From NCBI GenBank assembly GCA_963789065.1, contig CAWBKA010000025.1, positions 89,574 through 153,573 on the forward strand: a stretch of 64,000 nt of DNA. The letters run 5' to 3'. Every line of letters starts with the position of its first letter. Positions within the stretch are counted from its first letter, which is position 1. The translations under genes and the position numbers were made by a program. Below are positions 1 through 9,622 of the stretch, one piece after another. The notes under the pieces were generated by a model. The model ran no database searches. It worked only from the letters and a program-made list of their open reading frames with translations, and was not told the origin of the DNA. Source of the DNA: an uncultured Verrucomicrobiae bacterium. Lineage in GTDB: Bacteria; Verrucomicrobiota; Verrucomicrobiia; Chthoniobacterales; JAFAMB01.

Positions 1-85
1 CGGACGCGCCGGAGCGCGTCAATACCGTGCCACGCGCACGGCCGCGTCAGGTGGCAAAACGCCGATACGCTCCTCCCCCCGCCCG

Positions 86-1564
86 TCATTCAGAGGTCAG
101 AAACAGGCCCCGCTCTTTGATGATTTCGGCGACCTTCTCGGGGACCATGGTCTCCCAACCGGACTCGCCATGCTGGATCTTGGCCAGTACATCCCGAGAA
201 AAAATGTCCATCACCGACGGGTCGCTTCCCATGATCGGTACGAGATAGCCGCTTTCGAGGAGGTGAGCGTAAAGATTGCGGAGGTGAAGTTCGACCTGGA
301 GGTTTACCGCATTGATCCAGACGTCCACGGCAAGGGGATGCTCAGACTTGCCCAAGGCAGCCGTCGGAGAATCATCAGGATTCTGCATACAATAGCGGTC
401 GTAGGCGTTTATCCGCATCGGATAGATGTACAGCTTAACCAGATTTCTGAACAGGCGTCCGAAAGATTCCAAAATCCCGCCATCGAGGTTCTCGTAATAT
501 CTTTCGTTGAAGATCTCGAGCAGATTATTGATGCCCATTACCACGCCAACCATCTGTTTAGTGTAGCGTCGGAAGTAGCCAATTAACCTGTAAAATTCCA
601 GATAGTTGGAAACAAATACGTTGTTGCCAATCGCTGCCAGAGTATCGATGCGCGCCAAAAAATCCTGGTAATCGATGTTCCCCCGGGCGAGCAGGTTGTG
701 CATTGCGATTTCCATCAGCACGACGACGTCCACGTCATGCAGCACCGGTTCCGAAAGGAACTGAGCCAGGGCACACCGCATCATGTCGAGATTCACGAGC
801 GTCACCGGACGGAAACTCCCGCGCTCAACGATAACGGCCTTTTTGTAAAGGATCTCCGAAGGCTGCAGTACTTCGCCCTTGGGGCTGAACATAACCGCAT
901 TGGTCAACCCGTATTCCACCAGCTTTAGACTCATTATTCGGTTGTCCACGTTGGCGAAGAGCGGCCCGGCGAAATTAATCATGTCAACTTCGATACGACC
1001 CGTGGTCAAACTGTCCGCCAACGAGCGGATAAACGCGTCCTGATCGTTGATAAAATAGAAAGCGCCGTAGACCAGGTTAACGCCGATAATGCCCAGCGCC
1101 TGCTGCTGCATGACGTTCTCCCGGTCCGACATTCTGACGTGCAGAATGATGTCGCTCGGCGGCGTGTGGGGTTCAGCTTGGAATCGCATGCCCATCCAGC
1201 CGTGGCATTCGTTTGTTCCCTTGAAACTCCTGGCCGCTACCGTGTCCGCGAACACGAAAAAGCTGGACCGATCCCCCCGGTTTGCGTCCAGGCGTTGAAT
1301 GAGAAGATCGTACTCACGGCTCAGCATGAGTTCCAATCGCTCTCTTGAAACGTAGCGAGCGGTCTTCCCATAGAACGCATCGCTGAATTTCATGTCGTAG
1401 GCCGAAAGCGATTTTGCGACGGTATCGTCCGCGCCGCCAGCCTGGAAAAAGTAGCGAGCCACCTCCTGACCGGCACCGATTTCAGCGAACGTGCCGTATT
1501 TTGCCCCATCGAGATTGACCGTGAGGGCCTTACGAGTCGTTGTTAAGAGTTCAGAAGATTCCAT
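86..1564 (-). CDS. conserved hypothetical cytoplasmic protein (~490 aa, function unknown)
   Basis: Uninterrupted 492-aa ORF with no signal peptide or TM segment. It has an N-terminal GTFAEIGAGQEVARYFFQAGGA motif that I recall from a widespread uncharacterised family. I cannot name a catalytic motif. Confidence 0.7.
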   Translation of the reverse strand: MESSELLTTTRKALTVNLDGAKYGTFAEIGAGQEVARYFFQAGGADDTVAKSLSAYDMKFSDAFYGKTARYVSRERLELMLSREYDLLIQRLDANRGDRSSFFVFADTVAARSFKGTNECHGWMGMRFQAEPHTPPSDIILHVRMSDRENVMQQQALGIIGVNLVYGAFYFINDQDAFIRSLADSLTTGRIEVDMINFAGPLFANVDNRIMSLKLVEYGLTNAVMFSPKGEVLQPSEILYKKAVIVERGSFRPVTLVNLDMMRCALAQFLSEPVLHDVDVVVLMEIAMHNLLARGNIDYQDFLARIDTLAAIGNNVFVSNYLEFYRLIGYFRRYTKQMVGVVMGINNLLEIFNERYYENLDGGILESFGRLFRNLVKLYIYPMRINAYDRYCMQNPDDSPTAALGKSEHPLAVDVWINAVNLQVELHLRNLYAHLLESGYLVPIMGSDPSVMDIFSRDVLAKIQHGESGWETMVPEKVAEIIKERGLFLTSE

Positions 1565-1784
1565 GATTACCCAGCGTTCGTGTATAGTCCAAAGAGCCTA
1601 ATGACAATCGTTTCCGCCCTCGTCGTCGATCTTTGAATGTTGATTTCTGTGAAATATCTCAGCCGCAGATGATAGTCAGCCTACTGGCGCCCTTTGTCTT
1701 TGCCGAAGATGGTGACCACCAGTTGTGCATCGTTCTACAAAGTTACCGGTTGATTTCCAATTGTTTTGACCAATTCATTTCTCC

Positions 1785-2084
1785 ATGGCTTTGCATCGGT
1801 TGTGTAACAAATCCGAGATCGCTTGTGGCAGCCTGAAGCGAATCAACGATCTCGAGATCGCGCTTTTTAACATCGACGGCAATTTTTTTGCTATCAAAGA
1901 TGTCTGTACCCACGACCAGGCTTCATTATCTGAGGGCGAACTGATCGGCGACACGATCGTCTGTCCGTGGCATGGCGCTTGTTTTTCTGTCAGAACCGGT
2001 GAAGCGCTCTCGTTGCCAGCGATCGAACCCGTCGAAACATTCCGCGTTCAATTGCAGGACGACGAGGTTTACGTGGATATCTAG
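1785..2084 (+). CDS. Rieske [2Fe-2S] domain protein (small ferredoxin/NirD-like)
   Basis: 99-aa ORF carrying both Rieske ligand boxes, C-T-H-D and C-P-W-H-G. The size is typical of stand-alone Rieske ferredoxin components. Confidence 0.85.
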   Translation: MALHRLCNKSEIACGSLKRINDLEIALFNIDGNFFAIKDVCTHDQASLSEGELIGDTIVCPWHGACFSVRTGEALSLPAIEPVETFRVQLQDDEVYVDI

Positions 2085-2087
2085 GAA

Positions 2088-2125
2088 GCGTTCGGCGTTC
2101 GGCGTTTGGCGTTCGGCGTTCGGCG
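2088..2125. repeat. heptamer tandem array (GCGTTCG)x5 plus a degenerate unit
   Basis: Five consecutive 7-nt units start 3 nt after the TAG stop of the Rieske gene. The cgatacgtttccc motif follows at 2143-2155. Confidence 0.9.
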
Positions 2126-2735
2126 GGCCGCAGGCGCTTCGACGATACGTTTCCCTGGAAGTCCGAAAGCGGGATGGCGAATCCGAAAACGGAACGATTT
2201 GATGCGTTCGGCCAGGGCGAAAAGGCAACTCCCTCGAGAAAAGGCGCTCCAGGGTCCCATGGCACGGCCGGTGCTAAAGCCTGATAACGAGAGAAATCGA
2301 TTTCCTCAAAGTCAGAACCGGAGTCGCCGGGAAACAATCAATAGAGGAATCGAACTAATCCATGAAACCAGCTTGAGTCGAAGGAGTCGCAAAAAAGTAA
2401 GTTTATGCTTCGCTCGCATATCGGCGAGCCCACAAGCAGGCTTAACAGAGACCACGCACAGCATGAGATCGGTATGGGTATCCTGTGGCTTGTTCTTGGA
2501 ACCGCGTGTGCGGGGCTTGCCTGGAACCTTATCTCAATCTTGCTGAAATCAGCGTAGCCGCGAGGGAAACGTATCGGCGTATCGGCGTGTCCGTTAAGCG
2601 GCCCGTTGGCGGTTCTTGTCCTCCGAGCGGCTTCCAAGGAATACAGCACCGTGGAGGCTGAGTCGAAAATAACCGTCGCCAACGGGCCCCCCCAACACTC
2701 CCGAGACGCCGACACGCGACGCGTTCCCCTCCCGG

Positions 2736-3637
2736 GTCAAACAGTTCGCCCTGTGGCTGCGGGGCCCGCTTCGCTTCTTCTTCGACTTCTGCCAGCAAAC
2801 TCTTGAACTCGTACTTTTTCAGTCCGGCAAGGTAGGCCGGATAATCGGGACGAATCTTGAGGTCCAGTAACCGCACGGGGAGATCATGATCAATTTCGAG
2901 CCGAACCATCCGGCGGTTCTGGTAGATCTTTTCCCGGTTTGCAGCCAATTTTTCTCTCAACTTCAAGTTAGGGATACGGTCGAGGTTTTTAAGCAAACGG
3001 TCGATGGTTCCGAACTCGGCAATCAAGTTTGCGGCGGTCTTTTGTCCGACTCCCTCGATCCCGGTATATTGTCCACGCTATCGCCAGTAAGGGCCAGGAC
3101 TTCGCCGATACACTGCGGCGGAACACCCCATTTGCAGTAACTTCCGAAATTCCAAACAGAGCGTGGGAATCTTTTGGGTTTTTGAGATCGGTCTTATTTG
3201 TGGAATAAATTTTGACTGAATCGTTCACCAGTTGGAAAAGGTCTTTGTCGTTTGTCGCCAGAATCGTCTGAATCTGTTCGGTGCCGCGGCAATCGTATAG
3301 CGGCCATCAAGTCGTCCGCCTCTGTATTCGGTTTAGCAATCGAGGCAAATCCCATAGGAGTACAAAATTCGCGAATAAAATCCAATTGCGGGATCATTTT
3401 TCGGGCATCGCCTCGCGTTGCTGCTTGTATGCGGGCTGCAATTCCACGCGTTTCGCAGGAAGCCCTTCATCCCAAAAGACCGCCGCCAGGTCGGGCTGAA
3501 GATCTTTGAGCATTTTTCGAACGGTGCTGACAAAGCCAAAGATCGCGTTGGTCGGTTCGCCTCGCGAATTTGTCAGTGACTGGATCGCATGATAAGAGCG
3601 ATAGACGTAGTAATGGCCGTCGATCAGGAGGAGTCGT
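2736..3637 (-). pseudogene. 5'-3' exonuclease (Pol I N-terminal/FEN-like domain only), multiply frameshifted
   Basis: Pieces spread over three frames read LLLIDGHYYVYRSYHA.., FGFVSTVRKMLKDLQPDLAAVFWDEG.., MIPQLDFIREF..EADDLMAAI, ILATNDKDLFQLV, KWGVPPQCIGEVLALTGDSVDNIPG and IEGVGQKTAANLIAEFGTIDRLL. There are at least 4 internal frame changes, plus a stop directly after the only upstream ATG. No 3'-5' exonuclease or polymerase domain follows. Confidence 0.75.
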
Positions 3638-4748
3638 CACATAGCACCAGTAAGCAGGGTCTGGACGGCTGTCCAGAGATCAAGGGGATGAAAGAATCGG
3701 AAGAACCGATCACTCTGGACTTAAGGAGTACCTCGCCGCGACACGGCTCAAACAGTTTCAAATTGGGATCGGCGTCCTCACTCAGGTCAGATCGATATCC
3801 CCATAGATAACGTTCAGTGCGCCGCGTAGGCAATCATCGCGGCATTATCGGTGCTGAAAGACGGGGCGGTGAGCTTCAATTCCAAACCGGCGACGGCGGC
3901 TGCATCTGCCATTTTTGAGCGGAGCCGCGAATTGGCACTCACTCCGCCGCTGACGGTGAGCAGATTCATTCCGGCGGAATTGGCCGCCCGAATCGCTTTT
4001 TTCACCAGCACATCAGTGACGGCTTCTTGAAATGAAGCACAAAGGTCTGCTGAAAATCACCGTCCAGTTTTGGCAACAGATAACGGACGGCGGTTTTCAA
4101 TCCACTGAAGCTGAAATTGAAGTCCCGACTGGTCAGCATGCTCCGCGGAAGGTCAAACCGCTTCGGATTTCCGTTTTTTGCGAGGCGATCAATTTCTGGT
4201 CCTCCGGGATAGGGTAAACCGAGAAGCTTAGCTACCTTGTCGAAGGCTTCGCCGGCCGCGTCGTCGAGTGTCCTGCCGAGTAGACGATAAGAGCCGATCT
4301 CGGTCAAATGAATCAGCATGGTGTGTCCACCGCTGACGACCAGGCCCACGGAGGGGACCGGTCCATCAGGTTCCCCGATAAATGGTGACAAAAGATGGCC
4401 TTCCAAGTGGTTTATTCCCAGAAACGGCCTTCCCAGGCCGATCGCGAGACCCTTGGCCGCGCAATAGCCGACCAGTAAAGAAGTCAGAAGTCCCGGACCG
4501 CGCGTTGCCGCGACGCAATCAATTTCAGACAGGCTGCAACCAGCTCGTTTGGCGGCTAACTCAATGAGTGGGCCGATTCTTGGCAAGTGATTACGCGAAG
4601 CCACCTCGGGAACCACCCCGCCATATTTTTTGTGCAGATCGATCTGGCTCGAAATTTCGGAGACCAGCAGGTCTCTCCCGTCTCGAAGAATCGCTACCGC
4701 AGTCTCGTCACACGATGTTTCGACGGCTAATACCAACAACCGACTCAC
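3624..4748 (-). pseudogene. tsaD: tRNA N6-adenosine threonylcarbamoyltransferase TsaD, two frameshifts (probable assembly indels); 3' end uncertain
   Basis: The N-terminus reads MSRLLVLAVETSCDETAVAIL, followed by GINHLEGHL and VSGGHT. The protein continues as ADLCASFQEAVTDVLVKKAI..VSGGVSANSRL..STDNAAMIAYAA in a second frame and RSDLSEDADPNLKL in a third. The first junction is restored by lengthening the 4-nt run at 4053-4056 to 5. Confidence 0.85.
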
Positions 4749-6043
4749 TGCTCAGAAGCCTGGGACGGTTTTTCATTTTGGCTGTAGATCATCACTCCCT
4801 TTAAAGCATCGACAGCACGATCCAGCTGGGGATCCTTTTGTTCGTTGACAATTTTCTGTTCGTCCGGGGAGAGAGGGCCATCGCGCCGTCGCAAAAGGAG
4901 CGCGCGCTCCTGCTCCGGTGAAAGCGACGCTTTGATGTTGGGGGTGATACCCCTTTCGTGGATAACCTGCTTGCTCGGCGTGTAATATTTTGCCGTCGTC
5001 AACCGCAGCGCAGAACCGTCAGGCAACTGGATAACGCTCTGCACTGATCCTTTACCGAAGGTCGTTTCACCGACGAGAATTGCCCGGTTAAGGTCTTTGA
5101 GCGCACCCGCCACAATCTCCGAACCGCTGGCGCTCCCGCCATTGACCAGCAGAACCATTGGGAAGGTGGGATGCTGCTTTTCGCTTTTGGTGGTGCCATA
5201 CTCCCTTCGCTGGGAGGCATCGCGTCCCTCGGTATAAACAACCATTGTCTTGGGAGGAAGAAAGAGTCCGCAGACATCGACTGCACTGGTCAGCAACCCG
5301 CCCGGATTGTAGCGCAAATCAACAATGAGGGCCTGCATTCCCTTTTCCAGCAGGTCATTCAATTTCTGGTTTAATTCTTGAGCGGTCGGCTCGTTGAATT
5401 GAGTGATTCTTAAATAACCTATTTTGAAGTTTCCGGTGATCGATGGATCGAGAATTTTGGCGTCTTTTACACTGGCAATCTTGATGATTTCCCGTTGCAG
5501 AACGTAGTCCTTCGTCTCTTTACTCGAAGGCCGAAAAATCGTTAGAGTAACTTTTTGACCGGGATCTCCACGCAAAACATCGATTGCGTCCTGGAGGCTC
5601 ATCTTCTCGGTGGTGGTACCGTTAATTCGCAGAATCTGGTCCCCTGGCAAAATCCCGGCACGAAAACCGGGGGAATCTTCCATCGGAGAAACCACGGTGA
5701 TGACGCCATCCTTCGTCGAAACGACAATGCCGAGTCCGCCGAACTCGCTCCGGGTCTCGTTCTGCATTTCCCGGAAGTCAGTGGGCTGCATGAACTGGCT
5801 ATGCGGGTCGAGGCTCGCGAGCATTCCCCGCAGAGCGGAATAGGTCAGGTCTTTGTACCCAATCTTATTCGGGTCGACATAGTCTTGACGAATTAATTGA
5901 AGCGCCCGGGTGAAGACCGTCAAGTTTTCGTACCCCGCATCGTCTGAATCGGCAACGGCACTCGAAATTAATACCTTCACCCCCACTAGGAGGTTAAAGA
6001 TCAGCAACAGGGCCAGGAAGCCGTACAGAATTTTGCGCTTCAT
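4745..6043 (-). CDS. ctpA: carboxy-terminal processing protease, S41 family
   Basis: 432 aa with an N-terminal TM/signal segment and a PDZ region (GILPGDQILRINGTTT). The S41 catalytic region reads LVNGGSASGSEIVAGALKD..GETTFGKGSVQ. Confidence 0.9.
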   Translation of the reverse strand: MKRKILYGFLALLLIFNLLVGVKVLISSAVADSDDAGYENLTVFTRALQLIRQDYVDPNKIGYKDLTYSALRGMLASLDPHSQFMQPTDFREMQNETRSEFGGLGIVVSTKDGVITVVSPMEDSPGFRAGILPGDQILRINGTTTEKMSLQDAIDVLRGDPGQKVTLTIFRPSSKETKDYVLQREIIKIASVKDAKILDPSITGNFKIGYLRITQFNEPTAQELNQKLNDLLEKGMQALIVDLRYNPGGLLTSAVDVCGLFLPPKTMVVYTEGRDASQRREYGTTKSEKQHPTFPMVLLVNGGSASGSEIVAGALKDLNRAILVGETTFGKGSVQSVIQLPDGSALRLTTAKYYTPSKQVIHERGITPNIKASLSPEQERALLLRRRDGPLSPDEQKIVNEQKDPQLDRAVDALKGVMIYSQNEKPSQASEQ

Positions 6044-6160
6044 CGAAGCAAAACCTTAGCACACGTTTTGACTGGTGCGAGAACAAGGAAGCCTTCGCGC
6101 ATCAGTCGAAGCAAACCGGGACTGCCGCCCTGGAAAAGCGGGATGCTCCACCCACCTCAT

Positions 6161-7428
6161 TTACGCGGCGTCCTTGTCCTGCTTTCTTCGGATCAGTGGA
6201 GCGCGTTTGCCATCGACGACGGCGCGGTTAATGACTACGTCTGCGATATCTTCCCGACTCGGCACTTCGTACATGACGTCGAGCATGATTTTCTCAAACA
6301 TGGATCGCAGGGCGCGCGCCCCGGTGCCTTTCGTAACAGCTTGTTGCGCCAAAGCTCGCAAGGCATCCCTTGTGACGGCCGATTTACGCCCTCCATGGCC
6401 AACAGTTTTGTGTACTGTTTTACCATTGCATTTCGCGTCTCGGTCAGAATCAGCATCAACTCATCTTCAGTTAAGGCATCGAGTGCCGTAACGATCGGGA
6501 GACGACCAATAAACTCCGGAATCATTCCGAAAGAGAGCAGATCCTCCGGCTCAGTGTTTCTGAGAGTCTCTTCTGCCTGATTTTCAGTGGCCCGCGCCTG
6601 TCTCGAATGGAATCCAAGAATTTTATTACCTAGACGACGGCTAATGATTTTTTCAAGTCCGACAAATGCACCGCCGCAGACAAAGAGGATTTTTTCCGTG
6701 TTGACCTGGATGTATTCCTGGTGCGGATGTTTGCGCCCTCCTTGTGGAGGAACGTTGCAGCTGCTGCCTTCCAAAATCTTCAGAAGCGCCTGTTGCACGC
6801 CTTCGCCAGAGACATCTCGCGTGATGCTGACGTTATCCGTTTTCCTGCCGATTTTGTCGATCTCATCGATATAAACGATGCCAATCTCAGCGCGTTTTAC
6901 GTCGTAGTCGGCGTTCTGCAACAGACGCAGAATGATGTTTTCGACATCTTCGCCAACGTATCCGGCCTCAGTTAAAGTTGTCGCGTCCGCGATGCAAAAC
7001 GGCACATCAAGAATCCGCGCCAGGGTACGAGCCAAAAGTGTCTTTCCTGACCCTGTTGGGCCGATCAAAAGGATGTTGCTCTTCTCAATCTCGACATCGG
7101 CGTAGGGATCCAAAGAGAGATCCTTGCTTCCGTTGGATTGCAGGATCCTCTTGTAGTGATTGTGAACCGCCACAGAGAGCACCTTTTTTGCTGAATCCTG
7201 ACCCACCACATACTGATCCAACTGCCGTCGGATTTCGGCCGGCTTTGGCACACGCAGGCTGGTGGTCTGGCGCCTCGCATCTTCATTCAGTTCTTTGTCG
7301 AGGATGCCTTTGCAAACGTTAATGCAGTTGTCGCAAATGTAGACACCGGGCCCGGCAATCAGCTTGCGCACCTCTGCATGGCTCTTGCCGCAGAAAGAGC
7401 ACATTGTCAGATTAGATGCGCGGGCCAT
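6161..7428 (-). pseudogene. clpX: ATP-dependent Clp protease ATP-binding subunit ClpX, single frameshift near 6383 (probable assembly indel)
   Basis: Zinc-ribbon N-terminus CSFCGK..CDNC and Walker A GPTGSGKT. The C-terminal 66 aa ([33 protein letters not shown]) lie in another frame (ORF 6161-6361). The junction is restored by lengthening the run at 6383-6385 from 3 to 4 nt. Confidence 0.95.
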
Positions 7429-7478
7429 ATTATTCTTTTACTCGTCCAAACCCTTAAATCGTCCAGTTAGATAAACAC

Positions 7479-8144
7479 TTAAGCTGGTAATGCGTTCTCG
7501 GCATTTATCGGCAAAGCTTCCGCAGGAACATCTTTTCGCGATTTCACCACTTCATCGACCAGGCCGTAGTCCTTGGCCTGTTGCGCGGTGATCCAATAGT
7601 CGCGATCCGAGTCTGCCTGAATCTGTTCAACAGTTTTGCCAGTGTGATGGGCTATAATCCCGATCAGCCGTTTTTTTAGTCTAAACATATACTCAACGGT
7701 GCGCTCCACATCACTGGCAGGCCCTTGAGCGCCGCCGGAAACCTGGTGAAGCATGACATCGGAATTCGGCAATGCGTACCGCTTACCTTTCGTGCCGGCG
7801 GTTAAAAGCACTGCGCCCATGCTGGCGGCAATGCCGATACAGTAGGTGGCCACGTCACAGGTAACGAACTGCATGGTGTCGTAGATAGCCAACCCGGCTG
7901 TCACCGAACCACCGGGCGAATTAATGTAAAGATTGATTTCGCGCTTCGGGTCCTCCATCTGGAGAAACAGCATTTGTGCGACAACCAAATTGGCGACATG
8001 ATCGTCGATCGCAGTTCCGATGAAAATGATGCGATCTTTCAGTAGCCGGCTGTAAATGTCATAGCTCCGCTCGCCTCTTCCGGTTTGCTCAATCACCATC
8101 GGGACGAGAAGGGACTTCGGCGAAGTATAAATAGTGTTAGGCAT
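7479..8144 (-). CDS. clpP: ATP-dependent Clp protease proteolytic subunit ClpP
   Basis: 221 aa containing [18 protein letters not shown] and [13 protein letters not shown] (catalytic Ser region). It sits between tig and clpX in the classical order. Confidence 0.95.
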   Translation of the reverse strand: MPNTIYTSPKSLLVPMVIEQTGRGERSYDIYSRLLKDRIIFIGTAIDDHVANLVVAQMLFLQMEDPKREINLYINSPGGSVTAGLAIYDTMQFVTCDVATYCIGIAASMGAVLLTAGTKGKRYALPNSDVMLHQVSGGAQGPASDVERTVEYMFRLKKRLIGIIAHHTGKTVEQIQADSDRDYWITAQQAKDYGLVDEVVKSRKDVPAEALPINAENALPA

Positions 8145-8162
8145 GTTCTTGGAGCCTCTGAT

Positions 8163-9491
8163 TCAGCTGTGCACAGCTTCTTCGGGCCCGATTTCGACGT
8201 TAGCATTCGAGGTTAGGAAATCAAGGACCTTACCCATCAGGATCTCCTCCCGCACTTGCCCCATCGCTCGTTTTTCTTCAAGTTCCGACATCATTTTGTC
8301 ATAGCTCATTCGGTATTGACCTGCCAGCGCCTGTACTCGCTCCTTGACGTCCTGGCCGCTCACCTCGATCCCTTCTTTATCGGCGATTCTGGCCAGGATG
8401 AAGTTGGCCTTCAGCCGCTCTTTCGCGTTGCGGGACGCCATGCTAATGATGTTCTTTTCATTCTCCCTCAAAATCTCTTCGCTGATGCCGCGCATCTGAT
8501 TCTGCTGCACGATTTCGGACATGATGCGCCGCGTCTCGTCTTTAACGTAGCTTTGCGGCAATTCGCATTCGACGCGAGAAACGAGGAAGTCGATGATCTG
8601 ATTCTGGGTCATGGTCCGTTGCCGGCGCAGCTTTTCGGCAGTCAGTTGTTCTTTCAAGAGCTTCTTGAGCCCTTCGATAGTCAAATCCGGACCGACCTGG
8701 GCCGCGAACTCGTCGGTAAGTTCCGGGAGTTGCATACTCTTGATTCCCTTCAGAGTGACAGCAAAACGTAAGATTTTGGTTGCCAGCTCCGCCGTCGGAA
8801 AATCGTCCGGAATTGCAAGTTCGAACTCACGTGCTTCCCCGGTTTCCATCCCGACCAACCGCTCGCTAAAACCTTTGAGGATGGCGTCGTCATTGAGTTT
8901 GATCCAAAAGTCCTGGCCTCCGGCAAGCATCTTGGGTGCTTTCGGCTCAACCTCCAGCAAAGCCTGGCCGTCCAAAGTCGCGGCATAATCGATTACTGCA
9001 AAATCGCCCATTTCAAGTGCTCGTCCTTCGACATCGGTAAACGTGGCATGCCGTTCTCGAAGATTCTGCATTCCGGCATCAACCTCTTGGTCGGTAATTT
9101 CAACCAGCGGAACTTTCACGGCGATGCCCCTGTACTCCGGAAGCTCGAACTCGGGCAAAGTGATCAACGTGGCAGTGAACCGCATGCTCTTTTCAGGAGT
9201 GAACTCAACGTCATCCACCTCGGAGACCGACAGCACCTTCAAGCCTTTTTCACGGATTGCCTCGCGCGTCGTCTCGGCCACGAGTTTTTTCGTCAGTTCC
9301 GCCTGAATCTCTTTGCGGAATTTTGATTCAATCACGTTTTGCGGTGCTTTGCCCGGACGAAAACCTGGGATTCGCGCGACCTGCCGGAATCCTTTCACGA
9401 CTTCATTCCACTCTTTCGTAACACGGTCCGGCGGCAACTCGATACGCAAAGAAGCAATACAATTTGGCAGATTTTCAACTTCAACGTTCAT
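8163..9491 (-). CDS. tig: trigger factor
   Basis: Trigger-factor N-terminal domain with FRQVARIPGFRPGKAP. I place the start at the internal MNVEVENL (9491), because the upstream extension of the ORF runs through a heptamer repeat array. Confidence 0.9.
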   Translation of the reverse strand: MNVEVENLPNCIASLRIELPPDRVTKEWNEVVKGFRQVARIPGFRPGKAPQNVIESKFRKEIQAELTKKLVAETTREAIREKGLKVLSVSEVDDVEFTPEKSMRFTATLITLPEFELPEYRGIAVKVPLVEITDQEVDAGMQNLRERHATFTDVEGRALEMGDFAVIDYAATLDGQALLEVEPKAPKMLAGGQDFWIKLNDDAILKGFSERLVGMETGEAREFELAIPDDFPTAELATKILRFAVTLKGIKSMQLPELTDEFAAQVGPDLTIEGLKKLLKEQLTAEKLRRQRTMTQNQIIDFLVSRVECELPQSYVKDETRRIMSEIVQQNQMRGISEEILRENEKNIISMASRNAKERLKANFILARIADKEGIEVSGQDVKERVQALAGQYRMSYDKMMSELEEKRAMGQVREEILMGKVLDFLTSNANVEIGPEEAVHS

Positions 9492-9507
9492 GGAAAAGGC
9501 GCTTAGG

Positions 9508-9617
9508 GTTTTGCGTTTTGAGTTTTGCGTTTTGGGTTTTGCGTTCCGCGGGGCGCCGAACTCCCCGTGCAGCTTCCCACTCAAAACTCAAAACTCAAAA
9601 CCCAAAACTCAAAACCC
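9508..9617. repeat. inverted pair of heptamer arrays (GTTTTGN)x5 / (NCAAAAC)x5 with a 35-nt spacer
   Basis: The arms at 9508-9545 and 9581-9617 are reverse complements. The spacer holds a small cgggg..ccccg hairpin. The pair lies between the M16 peptidase stop (9623) and the tig start (9491). Confidence 0.9.
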
Positions 9618-9622
9618 TGCTC

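Noticed and set aside
2343-2363. tRNA/tmRNA-like T-arm resemblance (ggaatcgaactaatcc)
   Set aside because: The flanks do not form a T-stem, acceptor stem or cloverleaf. There is no CCA-proximal pairing.
2156-2563. Candidate ncRNA (a ggaagtccg string reminiscent of the RNase P P4 region)
   Set aside because: The other conserved RNase P, SRP, 6S and tmRNA motifs are absent. I cannot support any RNA family by eye.
9492-9584. N-terminal extension of trigger factor to 9584. Similar extensions exist for ftsK (to 46138), manA (from 46010), the radical SAM gene (from 14146) and cysH (to 30051).
   Set aside because: The extensions run through repeats or neighbouring genes and lack homology. Internal starts give canonical N-termini.
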